DNA of 64,000 nucleotides from Pseudomonadota bacterium. GTDB taxonomy: Bacteria > Desulfobacterota > JAPLJL01. The number at the start of each line of letters is the position of its first letter. The stretch's first letter is position 1. Below, in pieces: positions 1 to 8,290 of this stretch. The notes under the pieces are model-generated. The model was given only the letters and a program-made list of their open reading frames with translations, had not been told where the DNA came from and searched no databases. Location: the NCBI GenBank assembly GCA_026388655.1, contig JAPLJI010000141.1:5890-69889 (forward strand). The letters run 5' to 3'. The position numbers were made by a program, and so were the translations under genes.

Positions 1-845
1 GGGAGAAAAGATTTGAGGGGCCGCGCTTGTTGATCGTGAATACTGTGCAATCAGCGGCAGCAATCGCCGCTGAGATCGCCAAGCAATCTGGTCGAGCCCA
101 TGTTGAACATCTATCTACCGCGCTTTGCCCGAAGGACCGCAAAGCAATACTAGATCGTGTGAAAGAGCGTCTTGAAAAGGAATCTGACTGTGATTGGACT
201 TTGGTGGCGACATCATGCGTTGAAGCTGGACTAGATTTGTCCTTCCGCACAGGATTGCGCGAGCGTTGCAGCCTGAACAGTTTAATTCAAGTCGGGGGAC
301 GAGTTAATCGAAAAGGCGAATATACAAACGCTGAGGTCTGGGATTTTCGGCTTCTATACCCGGCATTTCCAGATAAAGGTTTGCTTCGGCCCCACCCAGC
401 ATTCAATACTTCGTCACATGTTCTGGGTGAGCTTTTCGCAGAGAATCTCATTGACCCTAAGTCTTGTACAATAGCGATGCGAAGGGAGATCCGCTCGAAA
501 AATACTGCGATAGCGAGTAATGATCCAATCGTGAAAGCGGAACAGGGAGGAAAATTCCCCGTCGTGGCTGATGAATTCAAGGTCATTGATTCTAATACTG
601 TAACAGCCATTGTGGATCAAGGTTTAATTGAGAAGTTGAAAAAGCGAGAAAAGATAGATAGCAATCTTATACAAACATTGAGCGTCCAGATTTGGCAGTA
701 CCGTCAGGTTGAATACGCATTAAAACTGATTCCGGAGTTCCCCGAACTCTATGTGTGGACATTAAAATATGACAACTTCTTGGGATATATGGCCGGTGTT
801 CTTCCGGTGGAGACACTTAAACAGCAAGGCGTCTCTGTGGTTTAG
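1..845 (+). CDS. cas3: Cas3-type superfamily-2 helicase, C-terminal part (gene continues beyond the left window edge)
   Basis: The frame is open from nt 3 with no upstream stop. Helicase C-terminal motifs are present (LVATSCVEAGLDLSF, motif V-like; QVGGRVNRKG, motif VI-like). It lies directly upstream of cas4/cas1/cas2 and a CRISPR array. Confidence 0.7.
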   Translation, partial: EKRFEGPRLLIVNTVQSAAAIAAEIAKQSGRAHVEHLSTALCPKDRKAILDRVKERLEKESDCDWTLVATSCVEAGLDLSFRTGLRERCSLNSLIQVGGRVNRKGEYTNAEVWDFRLLYPAFPDKGLLRPHPAFNTSSHVLGELFAENLIDPKSCTIAMRREIRSKNTAIASNDPIVKAEQGGKFPVVADEFKVIDSNTVTAIVDQGLIEKLKKREKIDSNLIQTLSVQIWQYRQVEYALKLIPEFPELYVWTLKYDNFLGYMAGVLPVETLKQQGVSVV

Positions 846-860
846 GGGAAAGGAAAATCC

Positions 861-986
861 ATGTTCACCGAAGACGAATTGCTCCCCATCTCCGCCCTTC
901 AACACCTGATCTTTTGCGAGCGGCAGTGCGGATTGATCCACATCGAGGGGGCTTGGATCGAGAACCGCTTGACGTTGGAAGCATGA
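861..986 (+). pseudogene. Truncated cas4 5-prime fragment (41 codons then TGA), diverged duplicate of the start of the intact cas4 at 1952
   Basis: Translation is [41 protein letters not shown]. About 35 of 41 residues match the N-terminus of the 1952..2635 product, and DNA identity is roughly 80% by eye. A GGAAAGGA RBS lies upstream. Confidence 0.75.
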
Positions 987-989
987 CGC

Positions 990-1883
990 ATGGACCGCCT
1001 CGTCGAAAAGAAGTTAGCCGCGCGGGCGGTGGAACTGGGGCGGGCTGGGGATGGGTCGGCGCTCCCGGAACTGATCGAACTACTCCAGAAGCCGTCTTCA
1101 GAGGTGCGCAGGCTGGCGGTGTCGGCCATCGGGAAACTCTCTGGCACCGCCGATGCCAAGGCCGCGATTACCGCGCTGCTGACGGTTCTGCGCGACGAGC
1201 ACCCACAGGTGAGGCAGTATGCGGTCAAAGGCCTGTCAGCCTATGGAGCCGCCGCCGAAGCTGCTTTGCCGGATCTCAGGGACATGGCTTCCGCCGGGCA
1301 TGAGAAGGAGTACAACCGACGCGACGCAGCCAGGGCGGTCGAAATCATTTCCGAAGCGTGCCGGTTAGCGGCCGCTCAAGAGGTGAAGGTCTGCCAGCGG
1401 TGCGGGGCGCGGGTGGACGCCGACGAGTACACACGCTCGCGCCGCGCCTTCGACCGCGTCTTTTGCGATCGGTGCTTCGACGAGGTCTACTTGAAGCGGC
1501 GCAACTTTGATACCAAGGTTGATCTCAACAAGACGATCCGCGCGCGGGACGGCAGCTTGGTTCAATCGGAAGGCGAGCGGCTGATCGCGGACTGGCTGCA
1601 CGCACGCAAGATCGCCTACCGGTATGACGAGCGCATCCGTATTGTCGAGGGGTACGCTATCCGCCCCGATTTCTATCTGCCTGAGTTTGACGTCTATATC
1701 GAATATTGGGGGATGGATACGATCGACTACCAGATAGGGATGCTCAAGAAAAAGAAACTTTATCAGCAGGAGGGAAAGCGGTTGATCTCGTTATCGTTCA
1801 AGGAAAAAGACCGGCTGTTTGAAGTATTGGGTAAGAAGCTGGAACGGTACACGCGGCTGACCGGCGAAGGCGGCACGGAGTAG
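990..1883 (+). CDS. HEAT-repeat / zinc-ribbon / PD-(D/E)xK nuclease-like fusion protein inserted between cas3 and cas4
   Basis: N-terminal PBS-lyase-type HEAT repeats (ELIELLQKPSSEVRRLAVSAIGKL, LLTVLRDEHPQVRQYAVKGL). Two CxxC pairs (CQRCG...CDRC). The C-terminus SEGERLIADWLHARKIAYRYDE...IRPDFYLPEFDVYIEYWG matches the Vsr/helicase-IV-N-terminal style restriction-endonuclease fold motif. GC is visibly higher than in cas3. Confidence 0.55.
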   Translation: MDRLVEKKLAARAVELGRAGDGSALPELIELLQKPSSEVRRLAVSAIGKLSGTADAKAAITALLTVLRDEHPQVRQYAVKGLSAYGAAAEAALPDLRDMASAGHEKEYNRRDAARAVEIISEACRLAAAQEVKVCQRCGARVDADEYTRSRRAFDRVFCDRCFDEVYLKRRNFDTKVDLNKTIRARDGSLVQSEGERLIADWLHARKIAYRYDERIRIVEGYAIRPDFYLPEFDVYIEYWGMDTIDYQIGMLKKKKLYQQEGKRLISLSFKEKDRLFEVLGKKLERYTRLTGEGGTE

Positions 1884-1951
1884 AGTCAAGCAGGAGAAAA
1901 AGCCGACTTTCTTCTCTGTCGCTTCGGAACGTCGGCCTTGACGAAAAAAAC

Positions 1952-2635
1952 ATGTATATCGAAGACGAACTTCTCCCCATCTCGGCGCTTCAGCACCTGA
2001 TTTTTTGCGAGCGGCAGTGTGGGTTGATTCACATCGAACAGGCCTGGGTAGAGAACCGCTTGACCGTTGAAGGGCGTTTTCTCCACGACCGGGTTGATGA
2101 ATATGAGGTTGAGGTCAGGGGTGAATTGCGCGTAGTCCGTAGCTTGCGGATTCGCTCGTTGGAACTCGGCCTGATCGGAAAAGCGGATTTGATCGAGTTT
2201 CATCAGCTAGTCGGCGAAGACAAAAATGGGATCGTTTTAAAAGATGCTTCGGGGTTTTGGTGCCCATTGCCCGTTGAATATAAACGGGGCCGTCCCAAAC
2301 CGGATATTTGCGATGAAGTCCAACTCTGCGCCCAGGCAATGTGCCTTGAAGAGATGCTTGGGGCTCAGGTGGTGGAGGGTCAGATATTTTACGGCAAACC
2401 CCGGCGGCGTCATGATGTGAAGTTTTCGGCTGATCTTCGCACGGCGACCCAACAAGCCGCCGCTCGCTTGCATGAGCTTATCCGGTTGGGCAAGACGCCA
2501 TCGGCAACCTATGAGAAGAAATGTGAGAGCTGTTCGCTCAAGGCAATATGCCTTCCGAAATCCGCCGACGGTAAGCATAGCGCCCGCAAGTATCTTTCGG
2601 AGAGCATGGCCGAGGTTGGAGCAGATGGAAAATGA
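1952..2635 (+). CDS. cas4: Cas4 RecB-like exonuclease with Fe-S cysteines
   Basis: N-terminal [11 protein letters not shown], a RecB-nuclease core and a C-terminal CESCSLKAIC cysteine cluster. Overlaps the cas1 start (ATGA). Confidence 0.85.
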   Translation: MYIEDELLPISALQHLIFCERQCGLIHIEQAWVENRLTVEGRFLHDRVDEYEVEVRGELRVVRSLRIRSLELGLIGKADLIEFHQLVGEDKNGIVLKDASGFWCPLPVEYKRGRPKPDICDEVQLCAQAMCLEEMLGAQVVEGQIFYGKPRRRHDVKFSADLRTATQQAAARLHELIRLGKTPSATYEKKCESCSLKAICLPKSADGKHSARKYLSESMAEVGADGK

Positions 2636-3519
2636 AGCATCTCCTGAATACCTTATACGTCACAACCCAAGGGGCCTATCTGTCGCGGGATGGGGAAACG
2701 GTTTTGGTCCGGGTTGAAAAGGAGACAAAGTTGCAGGTCCCCATCCATACCCTGGGCGGCATTGTCTGCTTTGGTCAGGTGTCCTGCAGTCCGCCGCTGA
2801 TGGAGCTTTGCGGCGAGCGGAATGTGACGATTTCTTTTTTAAGCGAGTATGGGAGATTCTGGGCGCGGGTGGAAGGGCCGGTTTCGGGGAATGTTCTGCT
2901 CCGGCGGGAACAATACCGCCGGGCCGATTCCGAAACGAGTTCGGCGGATATTGCCCGGGTGATAGTCACCGCCAAGGTTGCGAACGGCCGGACGGTGCTC
3001 CTTCGCGCCCTGCGGGATCATCCCGACAATTCCGGGGCTTCTGAGCTTGAGGACGCGGTTCTTAGGCTGGCCCGCCCGCCCCTGGACAATATGAACGCGC
3101 TTCTTTCGTTTCTTTACACCCTGCTGGTTCATGATGTGCGTTCCGCGCTCGAAACCGTCGGACTGGATCCCGCGGTGGGGTACTTGCATCGAGATCGTCC
3201 GGGGCGGCCGGGTTTGGCGCTCGATCTTATGGAAGAATTGCGTCCGTTCATCGCCGACCGGCTGGCACTTTCGCTCGTGAACCTTAAACAAATCAAAGGC
3301 AGTGGGTTTATAAAAACCGAAACCGGGGCGGTGATGATGGACGACACGACGAGGAAAGAATTGCTGGTGGCTTACCAAAAGCGGAAACAGGAAGAAATTC
3401 AGCATCCATTTCTGGGCGAAAAGATCGCCGTCGGGCTGATCCCCTATGTCCAGTCCTTACTATTGGCGCGTTATCTGCGCGGGGATCTGGACGGTTATCC
3501 ACCGTTTATTTGGAAGTGA
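2632..3519 (+). CDS. cas1: Cas1 integrase, type I-C-like, apparently carrying an in-frame internal deletion of about 48 codons
   Basis: The I-C Cas1 signature ends are present (MKHLLNTLYVTTQGAYLS..., ...LLLARYLRGDLDGYPPFIWK), as is [23 protein letters not shown]. The product is only 295 aa, and the segment carrying the GxEG glutamate and GRSRRPP appears missing at LRLA|RPPLDN (about nt 3070). Confidence 0.8.
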   Translation: MKHLLNTLYVTTQGAYLSRDGETVLVRVEKETKLQVPIHTLGGIVCFGQVSCSPPLMELCGERNVTISFLSEYGRFWARVEGPVSGNVLLRREQYRRADSETSSADIARVIVTAKVANGRTVLLRALRDHPDNSGASELEDAVLRLARPPLDNMNALLSFLYTLLVHDVRSALETVGLDPAVGYLHRDRPGRPGLALDLMEELRPFIADRLALSLVNLKQIKGSGFIKTETGAVMMDDTTRKELLVAYQKRKQEEIQHPFLGEKIAVGLIPYVQSLLLARYLRGDLDGYPPFIWK

Positions 3520-3526
3520 GGTTTAT

Positions 3527-3817
3527 ATGATGGTTCTCGTAACTTACGATGTGAATACCGAAACGCCCGAAGGCCGCAAGCGGTTAAGGCATATAGCCAG
3601 GGCTTGTAAGAATTACGGTCAACGGGTGCAAAAATCGGTTTTCGAGTGCCTGGTTGATCCTACCCAATGGGCAATCCTACACAACCAATTGGCGGATATT
3701 ATCAACTGCGAGAAGGATAGCCTGCGATTCTATTTTTTAGGGGCAAATTGGAAGCGGAGGGTTGAGCAGGTTGGGGCGGAAACATCTTATGACCCAGAGG
3801 GACCTCTGATTGTTTAA
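3527..3817 (+). CDS. cas2: Cas2
   Basis: MMVLVTYDVNTETPEGRKRLRHIARACKNYGQRVQKSVFEC is a typical Cas2 ferredoxin-fold N-terminus. A GAGGT RBS sits 6 nt upstream. The ORF-track start at 3446 overlaps cas1 and is unlikely. Confidence 0.85.
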   Translation: MMVLVTYDVNTETPEGRKRLRHIARACKNYGQRVQKSVFECLVDPTQWAILHNQLADIINCEKDSLRFYFLGANWKRRVEQVGAETSYDPEGPLIV

Positions 3818-4068
3818 AGGGTTTTAGGATGGATTGTTGTATGGGATTGTCATTCCTGCGCAAGCAGGAATCCAGTGCCTTATGTGTTCCGCGAATCTAT
3901 AGCAAACAAGGGTTTCGAGGGATGGTTCGCGGGGATGGCAACTATTTGATTTTAAAGAATAATTCTGGCGTTGGATTGAAAGTAAGATTTGCTGGTCTTT
4001 GAAAATTAAATAGTTTCGCGGGAAAGCCTTTTTTATTCTTTGAATTCTTTTTAGTTAGATAATGTACC
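3818..4068 (+). promoter_or_regulatory. Putative CRISPR leader (AT-rich at its 3-prime end)
   Basis: Non-coding stretch between cas2 and the first repeat. The last 130 nt or so are AT-rich, and the degenerate repeat lies at the far end of the array, consistent with this orientation. No promoter motif was pinned down. Confidence 0.4.
3849..3875. repeat. REP1 hairpin (GTCATTCC-N-GGAATCCAG family)
   Basis: gtcattcctgcgcaagcaggaatccag is a perfect stem. The same consensus recurs at least 8 times in the window. Confidence 0.8.
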
Positions 4069-4226
4069 TTCGCCCCCTGTACGGGGGCGTGGATTGAAAC
4101 TTCGCGCCCCGGCCTACGCGCGACTGATGACGATTCGCCCCCTGTACGGGGGCGTGGATTGAAACACCCTTGACCCTGTCGCCACTACCCCTATTACAGT
4201 TCGCCCCCTGTACGGGGGCGTGGATT
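4069..4226 (+). CRISPR. Mini CRISPR array: 3 repeats (32 nt, TTCGCCCCCTGTACGGGGGCGTGGATTGAAAC), 2 spacers (33 and 34 nt), last repeat degenerate
   Basis: Repeats lie at 4069-4100 and 4134-4165, with a truncated or diverged copy at 4200-4226 (tggattATCTG instead of tggattGAAAC). The internal palindrome and the ATTGAAAC 3-prime end are typical of type I-C repeats. Confidence 0.85.
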
Positions 4227-4280
4227 ATCTGGGAAGGGCAAAGAGCGAAGAGCAGAAAAAACGCTGAGATCAAATTCCTA

Positions 4281-4344
4281 TGGATTCCCGTTTGCGCGGG
4301 AATGACGGGGTAGAGGGTGGATTCTCGATCAAGTCGGGAATGAC
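4281..4344. repeat. Two tandem REP1 hairpins (inverse orientation)
   Basis: tggattcccgtttgcgcgggaatgac and tggattctcgatcaagtcgggaatgac. Confidence 0.75.
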
Positions 4345-4373
4345 GGGAAGGGAAATTTTAACAGAACGAATGA

Positions 4374-4592
4374 TTAAGCCGAGAGAACCAGCTTCTTGGA
4401 GGGAAAATCGCAAACCTCAAATTGGGAGAGATTTAAAATTTTACTTGCCCGATCAATATCTATTCCCACAATCTGATTATTTTCGTCAAAATCGACTACG
4501 ATACCCGGGGCAATCTCCAATGATTCCTTACTGCTTTTTTCACTCAGATCTATGTAGAGAGAATCTGTATCAGCATAATATTTAATTCTCAT
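4374..4592 (-). CDS. DUF2283-like small protein (putative antitoxin-type partner)
   Basis: 72 aa beginning MRIKYYADTDSLYIDLSEK...IVGIDIDRASK, the characteristic DUF2283 pattern. An AGGAGG RBS sits 8 nt upstream. Confidence 0.55.
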   Translation of the reverse strand: MRIKYYADTDSLYIDLSEKSSKESLEIAPGIVVDFDENNQIVGIDIDRASKILNLSQFEVCDFPSKKLVLSA

Positions 4593-4606
4593 CGCGGATA
4601 CCTCCT

Positions 4607-4834
4607 CTAAGATTTATACCCTCTGTCAATAAAAGCATTGTGGATGATGATACCGTCTTCCAAGGTAATAATCCTTATATATTTTCCTTCTAATTCCTCA
4701 ACCTTTCCCCAGAATCGAATCCGTCCATCTGATTGGATCTCCTTCTTGATAGGAATTTTAATCACTTTCCGACAAATCTCCTCGCTGAGATACCGCCTTT
4801 TTCTTAAAACATCCTTCTCAAAATAATCCGTAAT
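4607..4834 (-). pseudogene. DUF4258-like toxin-type ORF lacking any canonical start codon (possible 5-prime truncated remnant)
   Basis: A 75-codon open frame (ITDYFEKDVLRKRRYLSEEICRKVIKIP...GKYIRIITLEDGIIIHNAFIDRGYKS*) ends 14 nt before the DUF2283 ORF. There is no ATG, GTG or TTG in frame after the upstream TAA. The family assignment is from memory only. Confidence 0.3.
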
Positions 4835-5049
4835 TTATTTCATCAACTGGTCTTATTTCTTTTAGAATAACACCAAATCAAAAGAATTAAAAATGGTAAT
4901 TTGGCTGTGCCCCCGCGTGGGGGCGAGGATTACCGGGAAAAAGCAAAGTGCAGGGAGCAAAGGGCAAAATTAAATTGCGGATTTCGGAATGCGGAATGCG
5001 GAATAAAAAAAATAACCAGAACGGGAAAGAAGTCGAAGGCAGATAAAAC

Positions 5050-5106
5050 CTGGATTCCCGTTTCCAACTTCGCCAAGGCTTCGTCGGACAGGTGCACGGG
5101 AATGAC
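5050..5106. repeat. REP1 element, long-loop variant
   Basis: ctggattcccg ... cacgggaatgac termini enclose a 36-nt insert. Confidence 0.7.
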
Positions 5107-5132
5107 ATTTTAGAAAAAAGGTCTAAAACCCT

Positions 5133-6107
5133 CTAATAAATTTTCTGGGCTTTGCGGATGATATCCGGCGAGATTTTCACCCCGAGGGTCTGCGCGGTAT
5201 TGAGATTGAGATAAAGATCACCCTTGGGATAGACGGGAGGAAGACTTTTCGGGCTGGCTCCGTTCAGGATTTTTTCGGCCAACCGGGCGGATTCCTTTCC
5301 GATTTCTGAATAATCGGGAGAGAAAGAGGCCAGGGCCCCGGATTTAACCAAACCCTCCGAGAAGGCAAAAATCGGGACTTTCTGGTCCACGGTATGCTGA
5401 AGAATGTAAACGAAAGTGTCGCGGGACACCACGGTGGTATCGGGAATCAACCAGAGGGCGTTGACCTGGGGAATGATTTCTTTCAGGTTCTGGGCGATTT
5501 CCCCCGAGGAGGAAACGTGGCGCTCGATTATCTCCAGGTCGCTCCGGGCCAATACGCTTTTTGCGGCTTCGATCAGAGGAAGGGTTTTTTGAGGGTTGTA
5601 AACAACCCCCAGGCGTTTCAGGGCGGGTATGATGGATTTGAAGGCGGCAAATTGGGAATCGGGGGAAGAAACCATCAAGACCCCGGTCTGGTTGCCGTTC
5701 CGCAGTCCTAGTTCAAAAGGATTGAAGACCATGCAGTAGATCATGGGAATGTCCCCGGCCTGCTTGGCCGCGATTTCCGAGGCTTTGGCTCCAATGGTAA
5801 GCAGGATCGAGGGATTCCGGGCCTTGATTTGGGCGATGATTTTTCTCCCGATTTCCAGGTCGCCCTTCATGTTGAATTCGGTGATTCTTTCTTTAGCCAA
5901 ACTTCTTTTGAATTCGGAGAGGACGGTCTTGTAAGCCTCGGTGTCATCGCTGAGCAGGGCGGCGATTTCGGAGGGGAAAGCCGGGCGGGGGACCAGGCCA
6001 AGACTGAGAAGACAGAGAATCAAGGCGGCGGCCCGGGATTTCAGGCTCCGCGGTTTGATCGCCGGGTTAACAGTCTCGAATCGCATGTTCTTCCCTTTAA
6101 ATTTCAA
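5133..6107 (-). CDS. Periplasmic ABC-type substrate-binding protein (ABC_sub_bind/PF04392-like), last gene of the che operon strand
   Basis: Signal peptide (AAALILCLLSLGLVPRPAFPSE). Motifs ILLTIGAKASE, PMIYCMVFNP, LGVVYNP and PIFAFSEGLVKSGALAS are typical of this family. Confidence 0.6.
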   Translation of the reverse strand: MKFKGKNMRFETVNPAIKPRSLKSRAAALILCLLSLGLVPRPAFPSEIAALLSDDTEAYKTVLSEFKRSLAKERITEFNMKGDLEIGRKIIAQIKARNPSILLTIGAKASEIAAKQAGDIPMIYCMVFNPFELGLRNGNQTGVLMVSSPDSQFAAFKSIIPALKRLGVVYNPQKTLPLIEAAKSVLARSDLEIIERHVSSSGEIAQNLKEIIPQVNALWLIPDTTVVSRDTFVYILQHTVDQKVPIFAFSEGLVKSGALASFSPDYSEIGKESARLAEKILNGASPKSLPPVYPKGDLYLNLNTAQTLGVKISPDIIRKAQKIY

Positions 6108-6310
6108 GAGAGCTCCTGCAGGGTTCTTTCGCCAAATTCCCGCTTGAGGTGAAGCACCTCGTCCAGGAATTCCCGGGAATAAAGCTGGCCCGCGAAAACG
6201 GCCTGGATTTTCTGCGAGGCTTTTTCAATTTCTTTCAGGTCCAGGTCATTGAGCTTGACTCAGGATTTCAGTTGGAGACGGTGTTCGAAGACGGCTTCGA
6301 CTGAATAATA

Positions 6311-6685
6311 TCAGCGTTTCAAAATTGTCCCGATCTTGAGCACGAGGGCATCCATCCCGTCTCCCTTGGAGACGAAGCCGTCGGCGTTGGACTGGAGAGC
6401 CAGGACTTCCAGTTCTTCCTGGTCCATATCAGAGAAAAGGATAACTGGTATGGTTACCCCCAGGTGCTCTTTAAGCAGGGAGCAGAGGTCCTGACCGAAG
6501 ATCTCGGGCATCTTGATGTCGGCGACCAGAAGGTCGGGGTTAAACATTTCAATTTCATTTTCAAACTGTTTCAGGTCGATGGCGATGGCGACCAGACAAC
6601 CGGCTTTTTCCAGGGTTTCCTTGGCAATTTCCAGGACTACTTCGCTGTCGTCTATGATTAATATCTTGGCGGGTTTCTTTTCCAT
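6311..6685 (-). CDS. cheY: CheY-like single-domain response regulator
   Basis: KILIIDDSEVV, LLVADIKMPEIFG and the conserved K (VSKG) are present. The gene lies in the che cluster. Confidence 0.75.
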   Translation of the reverse strand: MEKKPAKILIIDDSEVVLEIAKETLEKAGCLVAIAIDLKQFENEIEMFNPDLLVADIKMPEIFGQDLCSLLKEHLGVTIPVILFSDMDQEELEVLALQSNADGFVSKGDGMDALVLKIGTILKR

Positions 6686-6744
6686 GGATTCGCTCCTTGA
6701 TTTTGATACGCGCTAATTACTGATACCAATTAATTGAATAAATA

Positions 6745-8283
6745 TCAATCTTTTCCCGGCAATTGTTTCTGGAGCAGACGGATGATTTCACGGCAGGTTT
6801 TGATCAGCAGGTTTTTTTCCAGGATGGGGCGGTCATCCGGGCACCAGTAGGAACCGATGAATTGCGGATAATCATTGTCATATCTTTCCACGGACCAGAT
6901 AGCGTAAGACAACTCCCGGATGGCCTGCTTGTAATTTCCCAGATCCCGGTAAATCAATCCCAGCATGAAGGAAGCCGGGGCCAGGGTTTCATTGACGAAA
7001 AGCCCCCTTTTGAAAAAGTTAATGGCGTTGTCCAGGTCGCCTTTTTTCCGGAGGGCGATTCCCAGCAGGAGATAAGATTCCGAGATCAGCGGATCTAGCT
7101 CAATGGCGGTCTGGTAGGATTTGATCGCCTCTTCAAACTGGCCGAGCTCGGTTTGAATATTCCCCCGGGTGAGGTAGGGAATCGGTTTCTGGGGGTTCTC
7201 CTGAATGTAGTTGTTGAGGAGGCTCAATCCCTGCTGGTAGTTCAACTCGGCGAATTCCAGAAGAGAAAGCTGGTAAAAATTGAGGGGAGGAGTGTCGGGA
7301 ACCGACGGTGCCGTTTTCGAAGGTTCCGGAGGTTGATGAAAAGGCTCGCTCGGGGAGGGGAGCGGCTCGGGAAAACGAAAATACTCGGGTGGAAAAGAGA
7401 GCGCTGCCGGGCTTCGGGATTCCTCGGTAACCTTGGGGGCGGAGGGTTTTTGCTTCCGGTAAATCAGGACATTTCCCTTTTCCACCAGCTTGAACCGGTC
7501 AAAGACCCGGAAGAGGGATTCGGAATGGCCGATGAAAAGATACCCGCCCTCCGCGATTACCTCGTAAAACTTCTCCATCAGGTTCCGGGTGGTGTTCAAA
7601 TTGAAGTAGATCGAGACATTGCGGCAGAAGATGATATCCCAGCTTCCCTGGGCCGGGATCGGGAACTCGGAACTGGCCAGGTTGTGAAACTGGAACTTGA
7701 TCATTTTCTTGACCGGGTCCGAGATCTTGAATTTATCCCCGTTGATTTGCTGGAAATAGCGTTGGATCAGGCTCTGGGGAATGTTGGCCAGCCGGCGCTG
7801 GGGATAAACGCCTTCCTGGGCCTGATTCAGAACCTCCTGGTTGATATCGGTGGCCAGGATCTGGACCGGGACCGGGGGATTGGAGCCGGAATTCTTGAGA
7901 AGGGAGAGGGCGATCGAGTAGGGTTCTTCCCCGGTGGAGCAACCGGCGCTCCAGATGGCCAGCTCCTGGTTTTCCCGGTTTTTCATGAGTTCCGGAAGGA
8001 TCCATTTCTCCAGGGCCTCGAATTGGGGGGGATTGCGGAAGAAATCGCTTTTGGTAATCGTGATGAGCTTGATAATTTCCTTCAGCTCATTGTGGCCGTC
8101 GGGGTGGTATTTGATGAAATTGAGATATTTGCCCAGGCTGCTGTGTTCCACGGTCTGCAGCCGGATCTGCAGACTGTTTTGCAGGGCCGGGGTTTTTTCC
8201 GGGGCGATGAAGATGCCGGTTTTTTCCCGGATGAATTCGCGGATCACGTCCAGGTCTTGGGGATTGATTTCCAGCTCGGCCAT
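6745..8283 (-). CDS. cheR: CheR methyltransferase fused to C-terminal TPR repeats
   Basis: CheR N and SAM-binding regions (TKSDFFRNPPQFEAL, IWSAGCSTGEEPYSIA, DIIFCRNVSIYF) are followed by a Pro-rich linker and TPR-like repeats. Confidence 0.85.
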   Translation of the reverse strand: MAELEINPQDLDVIREFIREKTGIFIAPEKTPALQNSLQIRLQTVEHSSLGKYLNFIKYHPDGHNELKEIIKLITITKSDFFRNPPQFEALEKWILPELMKNRENQELAIWSAGCSTGEEPYSIALSLLKNSGSNPPVPVQILATDINQEVLNQAQEGVYPQRRLANIPQSLIQRYFQQINGDKFKISDPVKKMIKFQFHNLASSEFPIPAQGSWDIIFCRNVSIYFNLNTTRNLMEKFYEVIAEGGYLFIGHSESLFRVFDRFKLVEKGNVLIYRKQKPSAPKVTEESRSPAALSFPPEYFRFPEPLPSPSEPFHQPPEPSKTAPSVPDTPPLNFYQLSLLEFAELNYQQGLSLLNNYIQENPQKPIPYLTRGNIQTELGQFEEAIKSYQTAIELDPLISESYLLLGIALRKKGDLDNAINFFKRGLFVNETLAPASFMLGLIYRDLGNYKQAIRELSYAIWSVERYDNDYPQFIGSYWCPDDRPILEKNLLIKTCREIIRLLQKQLPGKD

Positions 8284-8290
8284 TTTGGGT

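Noticed and set aside
4101-4199. Whether either CRISPR spacer targets something inside this window (self-targeting).
   Set aside because: I found no convincing match by eye; only a 9-10-nt chance similarity to a REP loop near 63781. A proper BLAST of both spacers against the genome and virome databases is needed.
4055-4273. A 72-aa minus-strand ORF spanning the CRISPR repeats.
   Set aside because: It is a repeat-derived reading frame (HAPVQGAN occurs twice, once per repeat), so it is not a gene.
4280-4585. Plus-strand ORF MDSRLRGNDGVEGGFSIKSGMTGREI... after the CRISPR array, and similar ORFs at 4901-5113, 55199-55588 and 63447-63737.
   Set aside because: These are translations of REP1 palindromes (the recurring RGNDG / SFPRKRES-type artefacts). 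The 4280 ORF also overlaps the better-supported DUF2283 gene on the other strand.
6108-6310. A roughly 50-codon open frame on the minus strand between cheY and the binding-protein gene (…LNDLDLKEIEKASQKIQAVFAGQLYSREFLDEVLHLKREFGERTLQELS).
   Set aside because: It has no ATG, GTG or TTG start after the upstream stop and no recognisable family. It may be a remnant, but it is not supportable as a gene.
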